Source: Candidatus Parcubacteria bacterium | GTDB taxonomy: Bacteria > Patescibacteriota > Minisyncoccia > UBA6257 > HR35 | Reading direction: 5' to 3' | Length of the DNA stretch: 64,000 nt | NCBI GenBank assembly: GCA_026004535.1 | Contig: BPJI01000001.1 | Span: forward strand, 431,424 to 495,423 | Part shown: positions 1-10,229 of the stretch, piece by piece | How the letters are laid out: the number at the start of each line of letters is the position of its first letter | Numbering within the stretch: position 1 is the stretch's first letter | Translations under genes and position numbers: made by a program | The notes under the pieces: generated by a model | What the model was told of the DNA's origin: nothing | What the model saw: only the letters and a program-made list of their open reading frames with translations | Database searches by the model: none

Positions 1-168
1 GAGGCCTATAATAATTTAGGAAATGCTCTTTTTAAACTTAATCGTTACGAAGAAGCAATTGAAGCCTTTGAAAATTTCATTAAATTAGCAGATAGGGAAA
101 AATATAAATCTCTAATAAAAGATGTTATAAAGTTAATTGTACAATTAAGAGAACAATTGAAAAAATAA
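1..168 (+). CDS. TPR-repeat protein, C-terminal fragment (runs off window)
   Basis: Frame 1 reads EAYNNLGNALFKLNRYEEAIEAF...LKK*, a TPR consensus; TAA at 166-168. Confidence 0.75.
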   Translation, partial: EAYNNLGNALFKLNRYEEAIEAFENFIKLADREKYKSLIKDVIKLIVQLREQLKK

Positions 169-200
169 AATATCGCTTCTATTTTTAAAAGACTATTTTA

Positions 201-1664
201 TCAAACTTTATATTTTTTCTTTATTTCTTCTTCTTTTTGTCTTTCGATTGATTCTATTTTTTCTTCGCCAATCAAAGCTAATTCTTTTAATTTCTCATCT
301 GGTAAGTCTTTTAATTCTTTAGCTCTTTCAATTAAATATTCCTTGTTATTTTTAGTTGGATCATCAATAACTTCTTCTAATAAAGCTTTCAAGATCCAAC
401 CAATTTTAGGACCATGAGGAACGCCTAGATTCAACAAATCATAACCATTGATATTTAACATTTTCGGAGTGATTGGCTCTAAATGAACTTTTTCAATTAA
501 ATATCTTAAATATCTAAGTCGATAAGGTTCAGCTTTGGGAACTCCAGAACCAATTCTATCAGCGTGTCTTAACTTAAATAAATCCTCCAAATTTTCTTGG
601 CCAACACGTCTAACTAAACGACGAACAGCAGCTGGAGTTACTTTATCAATTTCTAAATAAAACATATGCTGACTTACAAGGTGAGTAACTTTTTTAATAA
701 TTTCATTTGAATATCTCAATCTTTCTAAAATTCTTTTTGTGATTTTAGCTCCTAAAATTTCATGACCATAAAAAGTACAATTAGGTCCTTCGCCTTGTTT
801 AGTTAAAGGTTTGGCAATATCATGGAACAAAACAGCCAATCTTAAATATAAGGGATAATTTTTTTTAACTGCATAATCCAAGGACTTTAAAGAATGAAGA
901 TAGACATCATATTTATGGTGTTTATTTTGGCCAACACCATAACATCTATCTAATTCTGGCAAAATTTCCTTTAATAAATTGGTTTGTCTTAAAAGTTCAA
1001 TGCCAATAACAGCATTTCGACTCATTATAATTCGATTAAATTCATCTCTAATTCTTTCATGAGCTATGTATTGAATTAGATAAGCAAATTTTTGGATTGC
1101 TTTAAAAGTTTTTGTCTCAATTGTAAAATTTAATTCACAAGCTAATCTAATAGCCCTCATTAATCTTAAAGCATCTTCACGAAATCTTTTTTCAGGATCA
1201 CCAACTGTTCTGATGATTTTATTTTTTAAATCTTTAATCCCATCAAAAAGATCAATAATATCTCCATCAATACTTAGAGCTAAAGCATTAATAGTAAAAT
1301 CTCGGCGCTGAAGATCTGTTTCTAAATCTTTAATAAAAATGACCTCTTCTGGCCGACGTAAATCACGATATTCTTTTTCTTGACGAAAGGTTGTAACTTC
1401 AATTACTCTTAGGGTTTCGTCTTCGGAATTAGTTTTAATACCTACAGTACCGAACCTATTTTCGTAGAAAGCATTAGGAAAAATTTTTAAAATTTCCTCA
1501 GGTAAGGCATCAGTTGTAATATCCCAATCTTTTGGCTTACGATCAAGTAAAAGATCACGAACACAACCACCAACAAGAAAAGCCTGATAGTTATGATCAA
1601 TTAATTTTTGCCAGATTTGTAGAACTTCTGAGGGCAGGGAAGAGATTTGGATTTTTTTTAACAT
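201..1664 (-). CDS. cca: CCA-adding enzyme / tRNA nucleotidyltransferase with HD domain
   Basis: VGGCVRD, DWDITT, RRDFTINA, EDALRLMRA and LFHD motifs. Confidence 0.92.
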   Translation of the reverse strand: MLKKIQISSLPSEVLQIWQKLIDHNYQAFLVGGCVRDLLLDRKPKDWDITTDALPEEILKIFPNAFYENRFGTVGIKTNSEDETLRVIEVTTFRQEKEYRDLRRPEEVIFIKDLETDLQRRDFTINALALSIDGDIIDLFDGIKDLKNKIIRTVGDPEKRFREDALRLMRAIRLACELNFTIETKTFKAIQKFAYLIQYIAHERIRDEFNRIIMSRNAVIGIELLRQTNLLKEILPELDRCYGVGQNKHHKYDVYLHSLKSLDYAVKKNYPLYLRLAVLFHDIAKPLTKQGEGPNCTFYGHEILGAKITKRILERLRYSNEIIKKVTHLVSQHMFYLEIDKVTPAAVRRLVRRVGQENLEDLFKLRHADRIGSGVPKAEPYRLRYLRYLIEKVHLEPITPKMLNINGYDLLNLGVPHGPKIGWILKALLEEVIDDPTKNNKEYLIERAKELKDLPDEKLKELALIGEEKIESIERQKEEEIKKKYKV

Positions 1665-1674
1665 TGTTTTGTTA

Positions 1675-1745
1675 AGCGGGATACGGGAATTGAACCCGTG
1701 TCTCCACCATGGGAAGGTGGCGTTGAGCCACTCAACTAATCCCGC
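1675..1745 (-). tRNA. tRNA-Gly(CCC), CCA not encoded
   Basis: GCGGGAT acceptor stem; anticodon arm CCACC-TTCCCAT-GGTGG; T arm ACGGG-TTCAATT-CCCGT. Confidence 0.92.
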
Positions 1746-1918
1746 TTTAATTAGATTATATCATACATTCTTTTACATTATTAACTTTAAATTATCATAA
1801 TATAAATAATATAATTTATTACACTTGATTTTTAAAAAATTTTAGGATAAAATTATAAAAATTTAAAACCTATTTAATTTTGTAAAAAAAAATTAATTTT
1901 GTAAAAAATAAAAAATGG

Positions 1919-2296
1919 ATGGCAAAGAAGATAATAATAGGTACAAATTTGATATTAGATATTATCAATGTAGACTCTGCTGTTTTGAGTAAGAGAAAAA
2001 ATATTTTAGACTTGCTTAAAAAATTAATTAAGGAAACTAAATCAACTCCTGTCTCTAAACCATTCATCAAAAAAATAAAATCACCTAAATACCCTTATGA
2101 AGGTTATTCAGTTATTCAAATTATTCAAGAAAGTCATATTGCTATTCATACTTGGCCTGAATATAATTATCTAGCTATTGACATTTTTTCCTGTAAGAAA
2201 ATTAATGAGAATAAAATAATCTTTATTTTAAAGAAGATATTTAGCAAAAATACAAGAATTAAAGTAAAAATTTATCAAAGAATAGCCGAGTATTAA
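1919..2296 (+). CDS. speD: S-adenosylmethionine decarboxylase proenzyme
   Basis: [12 protein letters not shown] autocleavage motif and IDIFSC. Confidence 0.85.
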   Translation: MAKKIIIGTNLILDIINVDSAVLSKRKNILDLLKKLIKETKSTPVSKPFIKKIKSPKYPYEGYSVIQIIQESHIAIHTWPEYNYLAIDIFSCKKINENKIIFILKKIFSKNTRIKVKIYQRIAEY

Positions 2297-2625
2297 TTTT
2301 AGTTCGTAAAACAATTATTTTGCGAATTTATAAATGTTCTCTCTTAAAAAAAGCTTATTTAATTGGAATTAATTGAATCTCCATCTTTTTACCTACTCTC
2401 AAGTTCTTTCCCAAATTTTTAATCAATCATTTGATCATTTGATATTGATATTTGCGGTTCTCGTAGTAAAAGTTAAACCACAGCAATTTTAATAAAAATT
2501 TTTAGAGACACCAGCTATGATACCACAGTTCTCGTTGGTTCAGAAATTATAGAATAGAAAAGCAATGTTTTGTTAGGCAAAAATTTTAAATTGGTAGTCA
2601 TAACTAACTTCCGAGTTGGTGATGT

Positions 2626-2835
2626 TTATAAAATTTTAGAAGCCCTTAAAAGTTCAATTATTTGATCAATATCTTTTTCTTCAATAGGCAGCTTAATTTC
2701 GGTTGGTTGATGTTGTTTGAAGTAAATTTCATTTCCCTGCCCTATTTTTTGAGCTAAAAAAAATATTGTTAAACCATTAATCAGAATCACAACTGAAATA
2801 TAAATAATCATTATGGCTAATTTTGCTTTTTTCAT
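2626..2835 (-). CDS. small membrane-anchored hypothetical protein
   Basis: 69-aa ORF with N-terminal TM, ATGA-coupled to the upstream ORF. Confidence 0.45.
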   Translation of the reverse strand: MKKAKLAIMIIYISVVILINGLTIFFLAQKIGQGNEIYFKQHQPTEIKLPIEEKDIDQIIELLRASKIL

Positions 2836-3356
2836 TTTGTCTGTAAATTTAATTCAATATTCAAATTATTGTTAATTTTATCAATTTTAAAATTGATTGT
2901 TTGCCAAATTAAACCACTTTCAATCATAAAATTGGAAAATTTTTCCAAATCGCTCTCGGGCAACTGAAAAATAAAAGTTAATTTTTTTTCTTGTTGATTA
3001 AAACTTGTTGTTTGAATTGACCAATTCTCTTTTTGTAATTTTTCATTAACCAAATTTTTAGTTGTCTCAAAATCTCGATCTAATTTTTGATTAGCTTCAA
3101 ATAAAATTGTTTTTAATTCCTTACCAGTTTTTTGTTCAATCAAACTAACTATCTTTTTTATTTTATTTTGACTTTCAATTGTCGCTTGGTTTTGAATCAA
3201 TTTTTCTTTTAAATTATTAATCTCGTTTATTTTTGCCAAAGTTTTTTGGGAATAAAAATTAAGTATAAAAAAATAACCAACAGTTATCAGAAGAAAAATA
3301 AGAGTAAAAACAGCTATCTTTAAATAAATTTTATTTAATGTCTGATTATGGCCCAT
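2832..3356 (-). CDS. membrane-anchored coiled-coil protein (PilN/PilO-like layout)
   Basis: TM, coiled coil, then small alpha/beta domain; family assignment is a guess. Confidence 0.55.
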   Translation of the reverse strand: MGHNQTLNKIYLKIAVFTLIFLLITVGYFFILNFYSQKTLAKINEINNLKEKLIQNQATIESQNKIKKIVSLIEQKTGKELKTILFEANQKLDRDFETTKNLVNEKLQKENWSIQTTSFNQQEKKLTFIFQLPESDLEKFSNFMIESGLIWQTINFKIDKINNNLNIELNLQTK

Positions 3357-3367
3357 TAATTATTCAT

Positions 3368-3521
3368 TACCCGGATATGGAACGGATAAATTAACTGGAT
3401 GTAAACCGGATGATATTATTAATTATTTTTACTCGGATTTACACCGGATAAACTACCCTGATTATAACCGGATATATCTGGTATTCATCCGGGTAATTAA
3501 TCAGGTATTTAATCCGGGTAA
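3368..3521. repeat. CCGG-family two-armed repeat element
   Basis: TACCCGGAT/AACCGGAT units, centre ACCGGATATATCTGGT, then ATCCGGGTA units. Confidence 0.85.
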
Positions 3522-3530
3522 TCTATTTAA

Positions 3531-5432
3531 TTATAACTCTTTTTCTTTAATTTCAACAAAAATTTCTAATTCCTCTTTAGTAATTATCTCTTCTTTAATT
3601 TTACCTAAATGTTCTAAGGGCGTAGCGAAAATTTCCTTGATAATTGCTCGAGGATTAATTTTGTTTTTCTTATTAAATTCCATTTGATATTTTCTTCTTC
3701 TTTGGGTTTCCTTTATGGCAGCTTCTAATGATTTGGTTATTTTATCAGCATACAAAATTACTTTACCTTCTAAATGACGAGCACTTCTCCCGATTGCTTG
3801 GATTAATGTTGTTGTATTTCTTAGAAATCCTTCGCGGTCAGCATCTAAGATAGCTACTAAGGAAACTTCAGGCAAATCTAATCCTTCTCTTAGAAGATTA
3901 ACTCCGACCAAAACCTCAATTTCGCCTGTTCTTAATTTTTTTATAATCTCTGCTCTTTTTAAGGTTTTAATATCTGAATGTAAATAGTTCGCTTTAATTC
4001 CCTGCTCTAATAAAAATTCAGTTAAATTTTCGGCTGATCTTTTAGTTAAAGTTAAAACCAAAACTCTTTGATTTTTATCAAGTCTTTCTTTTATCTCTTT
4101 TAATAAATCTAAAACTTGATTTTTAGTTGGTCGCACTTCAATTTCTGGATCTAAAATACCTGTTGGCCTTACTAGTTGTTCAACGATCTGCGAAGAAATT
4201 TTTCTTTCAAAAGGTCCAGGAGTTGCTGAAACAAAAATAATCTGGAAATTTTTATTGAAAAATTCATCAAATGTTAAAGGCCGATTATCGATTGCTGAAG
4301 GTAATCTCCAGCCATATTCAACTAAAATTTCTTTTCTTTTTCGATCACCATTAGCCATTGCTCTTAATTGAGGAATGGCTAAGTGCGATTCATCAATAAA
4401 CAAAATTGTTTCTGATGGTAAATAATCTAATAAAGTATATGGTGGTTCACCTGGATTTCGAAAAGATAAATGCCTTGAATAATTTTCAATTCCAGAACAA
4501 TAACCATATTTTTCTAAAAGATGAATATCTAACAAGGTTCTTTGTTTAATTCTTTCAGCTTCAACAATTCTTCCCTGCTCCAAAAATTGCCAATATCTTT
4601 CTTTTAATTCTTGTTTGATATTTAAGATAGCAATGTCTAATTTTTCTTTGGGGGTGACAAAAAATTTAGCTGGAAAGATTTTAATATATTCTAATTCTTC
4701 ATAATCTCCAGTTATTTCTAATTTAAAAACATCCTCTCTTGATTTTTTGATTGTAAATTTTTTAATTGATTTTATGATTTTGTTTTGCCATTTAATTTCT
4801 AACATATAACTTCCGTCAGGGTTAAAAATGTAAATTCCTGAATTTTCTCGGTCATAAATATATGTTCCTGATCTGATTGTATTCAAACTTCCTTTTTCAT
4901 ATTGTAATGTTTTTAAATAATCAATAACATCTTTAAGGGAAATTTTTTGGCCAACATTTAAATTTAAACAAATATTTTTATATTCTTCAGGATCACCAAT
5001 GCCATAAATACAACTAATTGAGGAGACAATAATAAAATCTTTTCTAGTTAAAACACTTTCAATGGCAGCATGACGAAGTTGATCTAAAAGCTCATTAATT
5101 CTTGCATCTTTAGCAATATAAATATCTGTTTCAGGTAAATAAGCTTCCGGCTGGTAATAATCATAATAACTAACAAAATAATGAACTGCATTTTCAGGAA
5201 AGAAATATTTAAATTCTTGATAAAGTTGAGCCGCCAAAACTTTATTAGGTGAAAGAACCAAAGCAGGCCTTTGAGTTTTATAAATAACATTAGCCATAGA
5301 AAATGTTTTTCCACTGCCAGTCACTCCTAAAAGTGTTTGAAATCTATAATTTTTATTCAATCCGGCAACTAACTTTCTAATTGCTTGAGGCTGATCTCCA
5401 GATGGTTTGTAATCCGAAATCAATTTGAACAT
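3531..5432 (-). CDS. uvrB: excinuclease ABC subunit B
   Basis: GVTGSGKT, YYDYYQPEAY, DESH, GLDLPEV. Confidence 0.97.
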   Translation of the reverse strand: MFKLISDYKPSGDQPQAIRKLVAGLNKNYRFQTLLGVTGSGKTFSMANVIYKTQRPALVLSPNKVLAAQLYQEFKYFFPENAVHYFVSYYDYYQPEAYLPETDIYIAKDARINELLDQLRHAAIESVLTRKDFIIVSSISCIYGIGDPEEYKNICLNLNVGQKISLKDVIDYLKTLQYEKGSLNTIRSGTYIYDRENSGIYIFNPDGSYMLEIKWQNKIIKSIKKFTIKKSREDVFKLEITGDYEELEYIKIFPAKFFVTPKEKLDIAILNIKQELKERYWQFLEQGRIVEAERIKQRTLLDIHLLEKYGYCSGIENYSRHLSFRNPGEPPYTLLDYLPSETILFIDESHLAIPQLRAMANGDRKRKEILVEYGWRLPSAIDNRPLTFDEFFNKNFQIIFVSATPGPFERKISSQIVEQLVRPTGILDPEIEVRPTKNQVLDLLKEIKERLDKNQRVLVLTLTKRSAENLTEFLLEQGIKANYLHSDIKTLKRAEIIKKLRTGEIEVLVGVNLLREGLDLPEVSLVAILDADREGFLRNTTTLIQAIGRSARHLEGKVILYADKITKSLEAAIKETQRRRKYQMEFNKKNKINPRAIIKEIFATPLEHLGKIKEEIITKEELEIFVEIKEKEL

Positions 5433-5445
5433 GATATAATTATAT

Positions 5446-5520
5446 CACTGACATTGAACTAACAGAACTGACACTGAAACTTACAGAATTAATATAATCT
5501 AAGTTCCATAAGTTCTGCGT
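5446..5520. repeat. CAGAAC-family two-armed repeat (intergenic)
   Basis: CTGACA/CAGAACT units followed by AGTTCC/AGTTCTGCGT. Confidence 0.65.
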
Positions 5521-5534
5521 TTGTATATTCCAAA

Positions 5535-6947
5535 ATGCTCTTAACTGGTTATGATTTAAGAGGTATTTTTAAAAAAGAATTGACTTTTGATGTTATTTAT
5601 CAAGCAACTAAACAGTTTTTTAAGAAATTAAAAATTAGAAAAGCCATTTTGGCTGTTGATGCAAATAGAAATAATTTTTTAATTAAAGATTTCTTAGAAA
5701 GAAATTTCAATCTTGAGTTTATTGGCGTTCTACCAACGCCAATTTTTTATTATAAAGTCATTAAAATAAAAATTCCTGGAATTATGATTACTGCTTCTCA
5801 TTTGCCTTTAAAATATTCGGGGTTGAAATTTATTTTAGAAAATGGCGAACCGTGGAAACCTTATATTAGCGCGTTGCCTTCGGGTCATACCCCCGAAGCC
5901 CACAGCCCTCGGAGTGCTATCGTACGCACCTCTGCCGGAATGACCCTCAGGCAAACGCGCCGGATAATTAATTTACAAAAGCACCAGATAATTAAGGAAT
6001 ATTTTAAAACTTTATTTTCTATCATCAAACCGAAAAAGAAAATTTTTGTTTGTTTTGATAAGAAAAATTTTTTTCTTAATGCTTCCCTACCCTATTTTGA
6101 AAAATTAAAAATTTTTCATCAAGATAATTCTCCAATTAAGATTAAATCTGATTTAGACAATGACAGAATTTTTGTTTATCTTAAAAAAAGAAAAATTCAT
6201 AATGATTTAATTTTTTATTATTTAGCTCTTTTGCCTCAATATAAGAAATTGGCTGTGCCAATATTTTTCAGTCAAAAACTAAGACAAGAACTTATTAAAA
6301 AAGGTAAGAAGATTTATTTTATTCCAACTGGACACTATTATTTCAAAAAAGCATTCAAAAAATATAATTTAGACTTAGGTTTTGAACCAAGTGGTCATTT
6401 TTATATGTTTAAAGATTTAAAAACAGAATCGCCCTATTTGGCCTTAGGTTTATTTTTACATTTATTAGCAGAACTTACGGACCTAACACAGACAGAACGG
6501 ACCAAACAGAGAATAGCCTTGGAGGAAATTTTAAAATTAAATAATTCACTTCAACTTTATCGTTTTGATATTAAGAAAATACAATCAGAAGAAAATGTTG
6601 TCTCTTTTTTGAAGAAGAGATATAAGTTAAAATTAAAAAAGTTTGACGGTTATTTATTATTTCCAAAGGAAAAAACAGAACTTACAAAACTAACACAGAA
6701 TTTAAATAAAAATACTATCGCAGAACTTACTGAACTAACACAGAACTTACAGAAAAATACTACCTCAGAAATTGCAGAACTAACACAGAACTCGCAGAAA
6801 AATTCAGTGAGTTCTGCGTCAGTTCAGCATGGTTCTGCGTTCTACCTGTATTTAAGGAAAAGCAAAACAGAAAATAAATTAAGAGTATCTTTTGAAGGCG
6901 ACAAAAAAATTCTCAAAGAAATAAAACAATGGCTCATGAAGATTTAA
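5535..6947 (+). CDS. phosphomannomutase/phosphoglucomutase family protein with three in-frame insertions
   Basis: YDLRG, ITASH phosphoserine loop, DLDNDR metal loop, GFEPSGH, RKSKTE. Confidence 0.8.
   Translation: MLLTGYDLRGIFKKELTFDVIYQATKQFFKKLKIRKAILAVDANRNNFLIKDFLERNFNLEFIGVLPTPIFYYKVIKIKIPGIMITASHLPLKYSGLKFILENGEPWKPYISALPSGHTPEAHSPRSAIVRTSAGMTLRQTRRIINLQKHQIIKEYFKTLFSIIKPKKKIFVCFDKKNFFLNASLPYFEKLKIFHQDNSPIKIKSDLDNDRIFVYLKKRKIHNDLIFYYLALLPQYKKLAVPIFFSQKLRQELIKKGKKIYFIPTGHYYFKKAFKKYNLDLGFEPSGHFYMFKDLKTESPYLALGLFLHLLAELTDLTQTERTKQRIALEEILKLNNSLQLYRFDIKKIQSEENVVSFLKKRYKLKLKKFDGYLLFPKEKTELTKLTQNLNKNTIAELTELTQNLQKNTTSEIAELTQNSQKNSVSSASVQHGSAFYLYLRKSKTENKLRVSFEGDKKILKEIKQWLMKI
5869..5960. mobile_element. 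GC-rich palindromic (MITE/RPE-like) element in frame within the phosphomutase gene
   Basis: Terminal IRs GCGCGTTGCCTTCGGGTCAT and ATGACCCTCAGGCAAACGCGC; sharp GC contrast with the host gene. Confidence 0.7.
6468..6510 (+). repeat. CAGAAC-family arm, in frame (AELTDLTQTERTKQ)
   Basis: GCAGAACTTACGGACCTAACACAGAC. Confidence 0.65.
6675..6840 (+). repeat. CAGAAC-family element, in frame (three 45-bp units plus inverted arm)
   Basis: Encodes TELTKLTQN..AELTELTQN..AELTQNSQKNSVSSASVQHGSA. Confidence 0.85.
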
Positions 6948-7933
6948 TGAAAAAAATTTTTAAGCTTTATCCTTTTATTGTTATTTTTGTTTTTATTATT
7001 TTGATTTCGCTTCATTTTGTTTATTCTGTTTTTGTTCCTTTGCTTATTGGTGAGAGAAAAGAAATTTATATTAATCCAGGAACAAAAATCTGGTTTTTAG
7101 CCCAAAATTTAGAAAAAAACGGTATTATTCGTTCTGCTTTTTATTTTAGATTTTTAGTTAATTTAAGAAATTCAAAAATCAAAGCTGGAATATATGAATT
7201 TAGTGGTTATTATAATTTATTAGATGTAATTCAAACTTTAGAAAAAGGAGGCCGAGGTGTAAAGATAACGATTATTGAGGGTTTAACTTTAAAAGAAATT
7301 GAAAAACTTTTAAAAGAAAAAGGATTTAATGTCGATCTGGCTAAATATAAATTAGCAGATTTCTCTGAAATTGATTTAAAAAATTATTTTCCGGCCGAAA
7401 GTAGTCTAGAAGGATTTTTAGCACCCGATACTTACGAATTCTTTCCTAATGATGATGAAAAAACAATTGTTCAAAAAATTTTAAAAAACTTTTCAAGAAA
7501 ATATTTACCTGAAATTTTAAAAGGAATGGATTTTAATTTATATCAAAGATTAATTTTAGCTTCAATAGTTGAAAAAGAGGCGAAGTATCAAGATGATTTT
7601 CCTATAATTGCTGGTATTTTGATTAAGAGACTAAAAAATAATAAACAATTAGAGGTTGATGCAGCTTTGGTTTATGAAAAATGTGGATTTGTTTTCTGTC
7701 AAGATGCTCTAAATAAAAAAGACCTTATTAAAGATTCTCCTTATAATACTTATAAAAAATTAGGCTTAACACCAACTCCGATTTCTAATCCTGGTATTTT
7801 AGCAATTAAATCAGTTAATAATCCCGTTCAGACTGATTATTGGTATTATCTAACTGATTCTGAAGGTCGAGCAATATTTGCTAAAACATTTAAAGAGCAT
7901 CAGGAAAACATTAAAAAATATCTAAAGAGATGA
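6947..7933 (+). CDS. mltG: endolytic transglycosylase MltG (YceG)
   Basis: LEGFLAPDTY, ASIVEKEA, SPYNTY..GLTPTPISNPG; start moved to the ATG overlapping the upstream stop. Confidence 0.93.
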   Translation: MKKIFKLYPFIVIFVFIILISLHFVYSVFVPLLIGERKEIYINPGTKIWFLAQNLEKNGIIRSAFYFRFLVNLRNSKIKAGIYEFSGYYNLLDVIQTLEKGGRGVKITIIEGLTLKEIEKLLKEKGFNVDLAKYKLADFSEIDLKNYFPAESSLEGFLAPDTYEFFPNDDEKTIVQKILKNFSRKYLPEILKGMDFNLYQRLILASIVEKEAKYQDDFPIIAGILIKRLKNNKQLEVDAALVYEKCGFVFCQDALNKKDLIKDSPYNTYKKLGLTPTPISNPGILAIKSVNNPVQTDYWYYLTDSEGRAIFAKTFKEHQENIKKYLKR

Positions 7934-8775
7934 TTCCCAAGGGTTACTTAATCATCATTATAATCATTTTAGCAATTTTGTCAGTCTTTTCTTTAAGGAA
8001 AACCTACCAAGAGTTTGTTGTACCTAAGATTGGCGTTACTATTTACCCATTTTATGATATTGTTAAAGAAATTGTTGGCGATAAATATGAGGTTGTTTTA
8101 ATTACTCCTCCTGGTGCTGAACCTCATAATTATGAACTGAAAATAGAAGATGTTAAAAGACTTCGTGGTATTAAGATAGTTTTTGCTAATGGTTTAGGGA
8201 TTGATAGCTGGACAGAAAATTTGATTAAAAATTTTAAAGACGTAAAAACGGTTTACTTATATCAAGGTGTTGATTTAATTGAGCAGGATCCTCATTTTTG
8301 GCTTTCTTTAGAAAATATGAAAAAAATTGCGAAGATTGTCGAAAAAGAAATGGAAAACTTTGATAAAAAAAATAGAGAGTATTATCAAGAAAATTTAGAT
8401 AAAGTTTTAGAGAAAATAGAAAATCTACAAACAGAAGCAAAACAAACAGTTTTTTCAAATAAATTCATTATTACCCAACACAATGCTTTTAATTACTTAG
8501 CTAAGGAATTAAATTTAAATGTCGCCGGTTATTTAGAAGGAGAAAACAAAGAATTAACCCCAGCTGAACTTTCACAATTAATTAATAAAATAAGAATCTT
8601 AAATATAAAAGTAATTTTTAAAGAACCGGGCGAAGAAAGTAATCTTCTCAAAACTATTGCTCAGGAATTAAATTTAAAAATTTATGAATTAGACCCAATC
8701 GAAGGCAAAAGTGGTTTAAACTATTTTGACGCTTATAGAAAAAATATAGAAACTCTAAAACAAGCACTTCGATGA
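7930..8775 (+). CDS. znuA: Zn/Mn ABC transporter substrate-binding protein
   Basis: GAEPHNYE, DPHFWLS, HNAFNYL, LDPIE. Confidence 0.88.
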   Translation: MIPKGYLIIIIIILAILSVFSLRKTYQEFVVPKIGVTIYPFYDIVKEIVGDKYEVVLITPPGAEPHNYELKIEDVKRLRGIKIVFANGLGIDSWTENLIKNFKDVKTVYLYQGVDLIEQDPHFWLSLENMKKIAKIVEKEMENFDKKNREYYQENLDKVLEKIENLQTEAKQTVFSNKFIITQHNAFNYLAKELNLNVAGYLEGENKELTPAELSQLINKIRILNIKVIFKEPGEESNLLKTIAQELNLKIYELDPIEGKSGLNYFDAYRKNIETLKQALR

Positions 8776-8778
8776 TTT

Positions 8779-8825
8779 CAACTAACCGTCTAACACGATA
8801 TAGCATCTTAAACAGTCAAATTAAT
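8779..8825 (+). repeat. 47-bp direct repeat, left copy (putative recombination site)
   Basis: CAACTAACCGTCTAACACGATATAGCATCTTAAACAGTCAAATTAAT; 43/47 identical to 10676-10722. Confidence 0.85.
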
Positions 8826-8826
8826 G

Positions 8827-8915
8827 TTTACGACGTCGTACGTCGTAAAGTAAATATAACGACGTGCGACGTCCAGATATTGAGAAAATAATATTTAGGA
8901 CATCGCACGTCTTAA
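8827..8915. repeat. three GACRT-N3-AYGTC palindromes (REP-like)
   Basis: Copies at 8832-8844, 8861-8873 and 8899-8911; further copies at 10272-10284 and 10539-10551. Confidence 0.75.
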
Positions 8916-8977
8916 ATTATTTTCCGTGTCCGATTCCGTTCATTTCGCCTTTAAATTTTAGCACAATTTTCCACATC

Positions 8978-9005
8978 TTGACATCATATTTTTTCTATTT
9001 ATAAT
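8978..9005 (+). promoter_or_regulatory. sigma70-type promoter for the pilin gene, probably giving a leaderless mRNA
   Basis: TTGACA-N16-TATAAT with ATG 6 nt downstream. Confidence 0.75.
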
Positions 9006-9011
9006 TAAATT

Positions 9012-10229
9012 ATGAATAAAAAAATGAATAAATCCTTCACTTTAGTTGAACTTTTAGTTGTCTTAGCTCTAATAGCTATCTTAGCTACTGTCTTAATTGT
9101 TGTCATTAAGCCAGCAGATATCTTTAAAAGAGGTAGAGATAGTCAAAGAACTTCAGACCTTAAAAATCTTGAAAAAATATTTGACCTTATTCTTTTTGAA
9201 ACTCAAGGCACCTTTTCTGAACTTCAATATGCTTCCTCAAATGTTGTCTATATCTCTCTTCCTGATACTTCATCAACTTGTGGTCAATGGATAAGTCAAT
9301 TACCACAGCTTCCTTCAGGCTGGTCATATTGATGCTCAGCAACTCCAACAAATATTGATGGTACTGGCTGGATTCCTATTCCTTTTAATCAATTTTCAAG
9401 CATTAATCTTTCTAGACTTTTCATTGATCCAATCAATAGACCTCCATATTACTATGCATTTGTTGCTGGAGGAAGTTATGCTCTCTATGCTCAATTAGAA
9501 AATCCTCAGTCTCAAGCCTCAAAAACAGACAATGATAATTATCCTCATCTATTTTCAGTAGGAACAAATAAAAGACTCATTGATCAAGCTCAAGGACTTG
9601 TAGGGTATTGGTCTTTTGATGAAGGAACTGGAAATATTGCTAATGATTATTCAGGAAACAATAATAATGGAACACTCTATAATGGTCCTCAATGGGTTGA
9701 TGGTAAAGTAGGCAAAGCTTTAAGTTTTGATGGAATAGATGATTATGTGGATAGCGGGCTAGATGTTAGTTGGAATAATGCCAACCCAGTTTCTTGGTCT
9801 TTTTGGGTTAAGCCCAATAATGTTGTCGATAGCAGTGCAGGTATCTTGGGGAAAATTTATCCAGGATGGGAATGGGCATTTTATCAGAGTGGAGCGGCGG
9901 TACATATGGTTTATTGGGATGCTTGGGGACGCCATGCGAATGGTATGGATGCGGATTGGAGTAGTGTCTTAACAGTAGGACAATGGATTCATTTGGTATA
10001 TACTTGGAATGGTTCTACCAGTAGATTTTATGCTGATGGGGCTCTCAAGATTACTCATACAGCAACTAATCCTTCGATAAATCAAAATAGAACTAATAAT
10101 GTAATGATTGGTGGCCATATATATGTCTGGGGTGATAAATTTTTCAAAGGCCTCATCGACGAAGTCCGAATCTACAATCGCGCTTTATCAGATGCAGAAA
10201 TTAAGGCATTATATGAAGCAACTAAATAA
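9012..10229 (+). pseudogene. type IV pilin-like (N-methylation motif) protein with C-terminal LamG domain, interrupted by one in-frame TGA at 9330-9332
   Basis: SFTLVELLVV N-terminus; frame stays open after the TGA through GLVGYWSFDEG, ALSFDGIDDYV and FKGLIDEVRIYNRALS; the track's 106-aa and 160-aa ORFs are the same frame. Confidence 0.88.

Noticed and set aside
2297-2625. Possible decayed gene between speD and the 69-aa ORF
   Set aside because: Only short broken frames with no convincing family motif
9012-10229. Diversity-generating retroelement target
   Set aside because: No reverse transcriptase and no template/variable repeat pair with adenine-specific mismatches in the window
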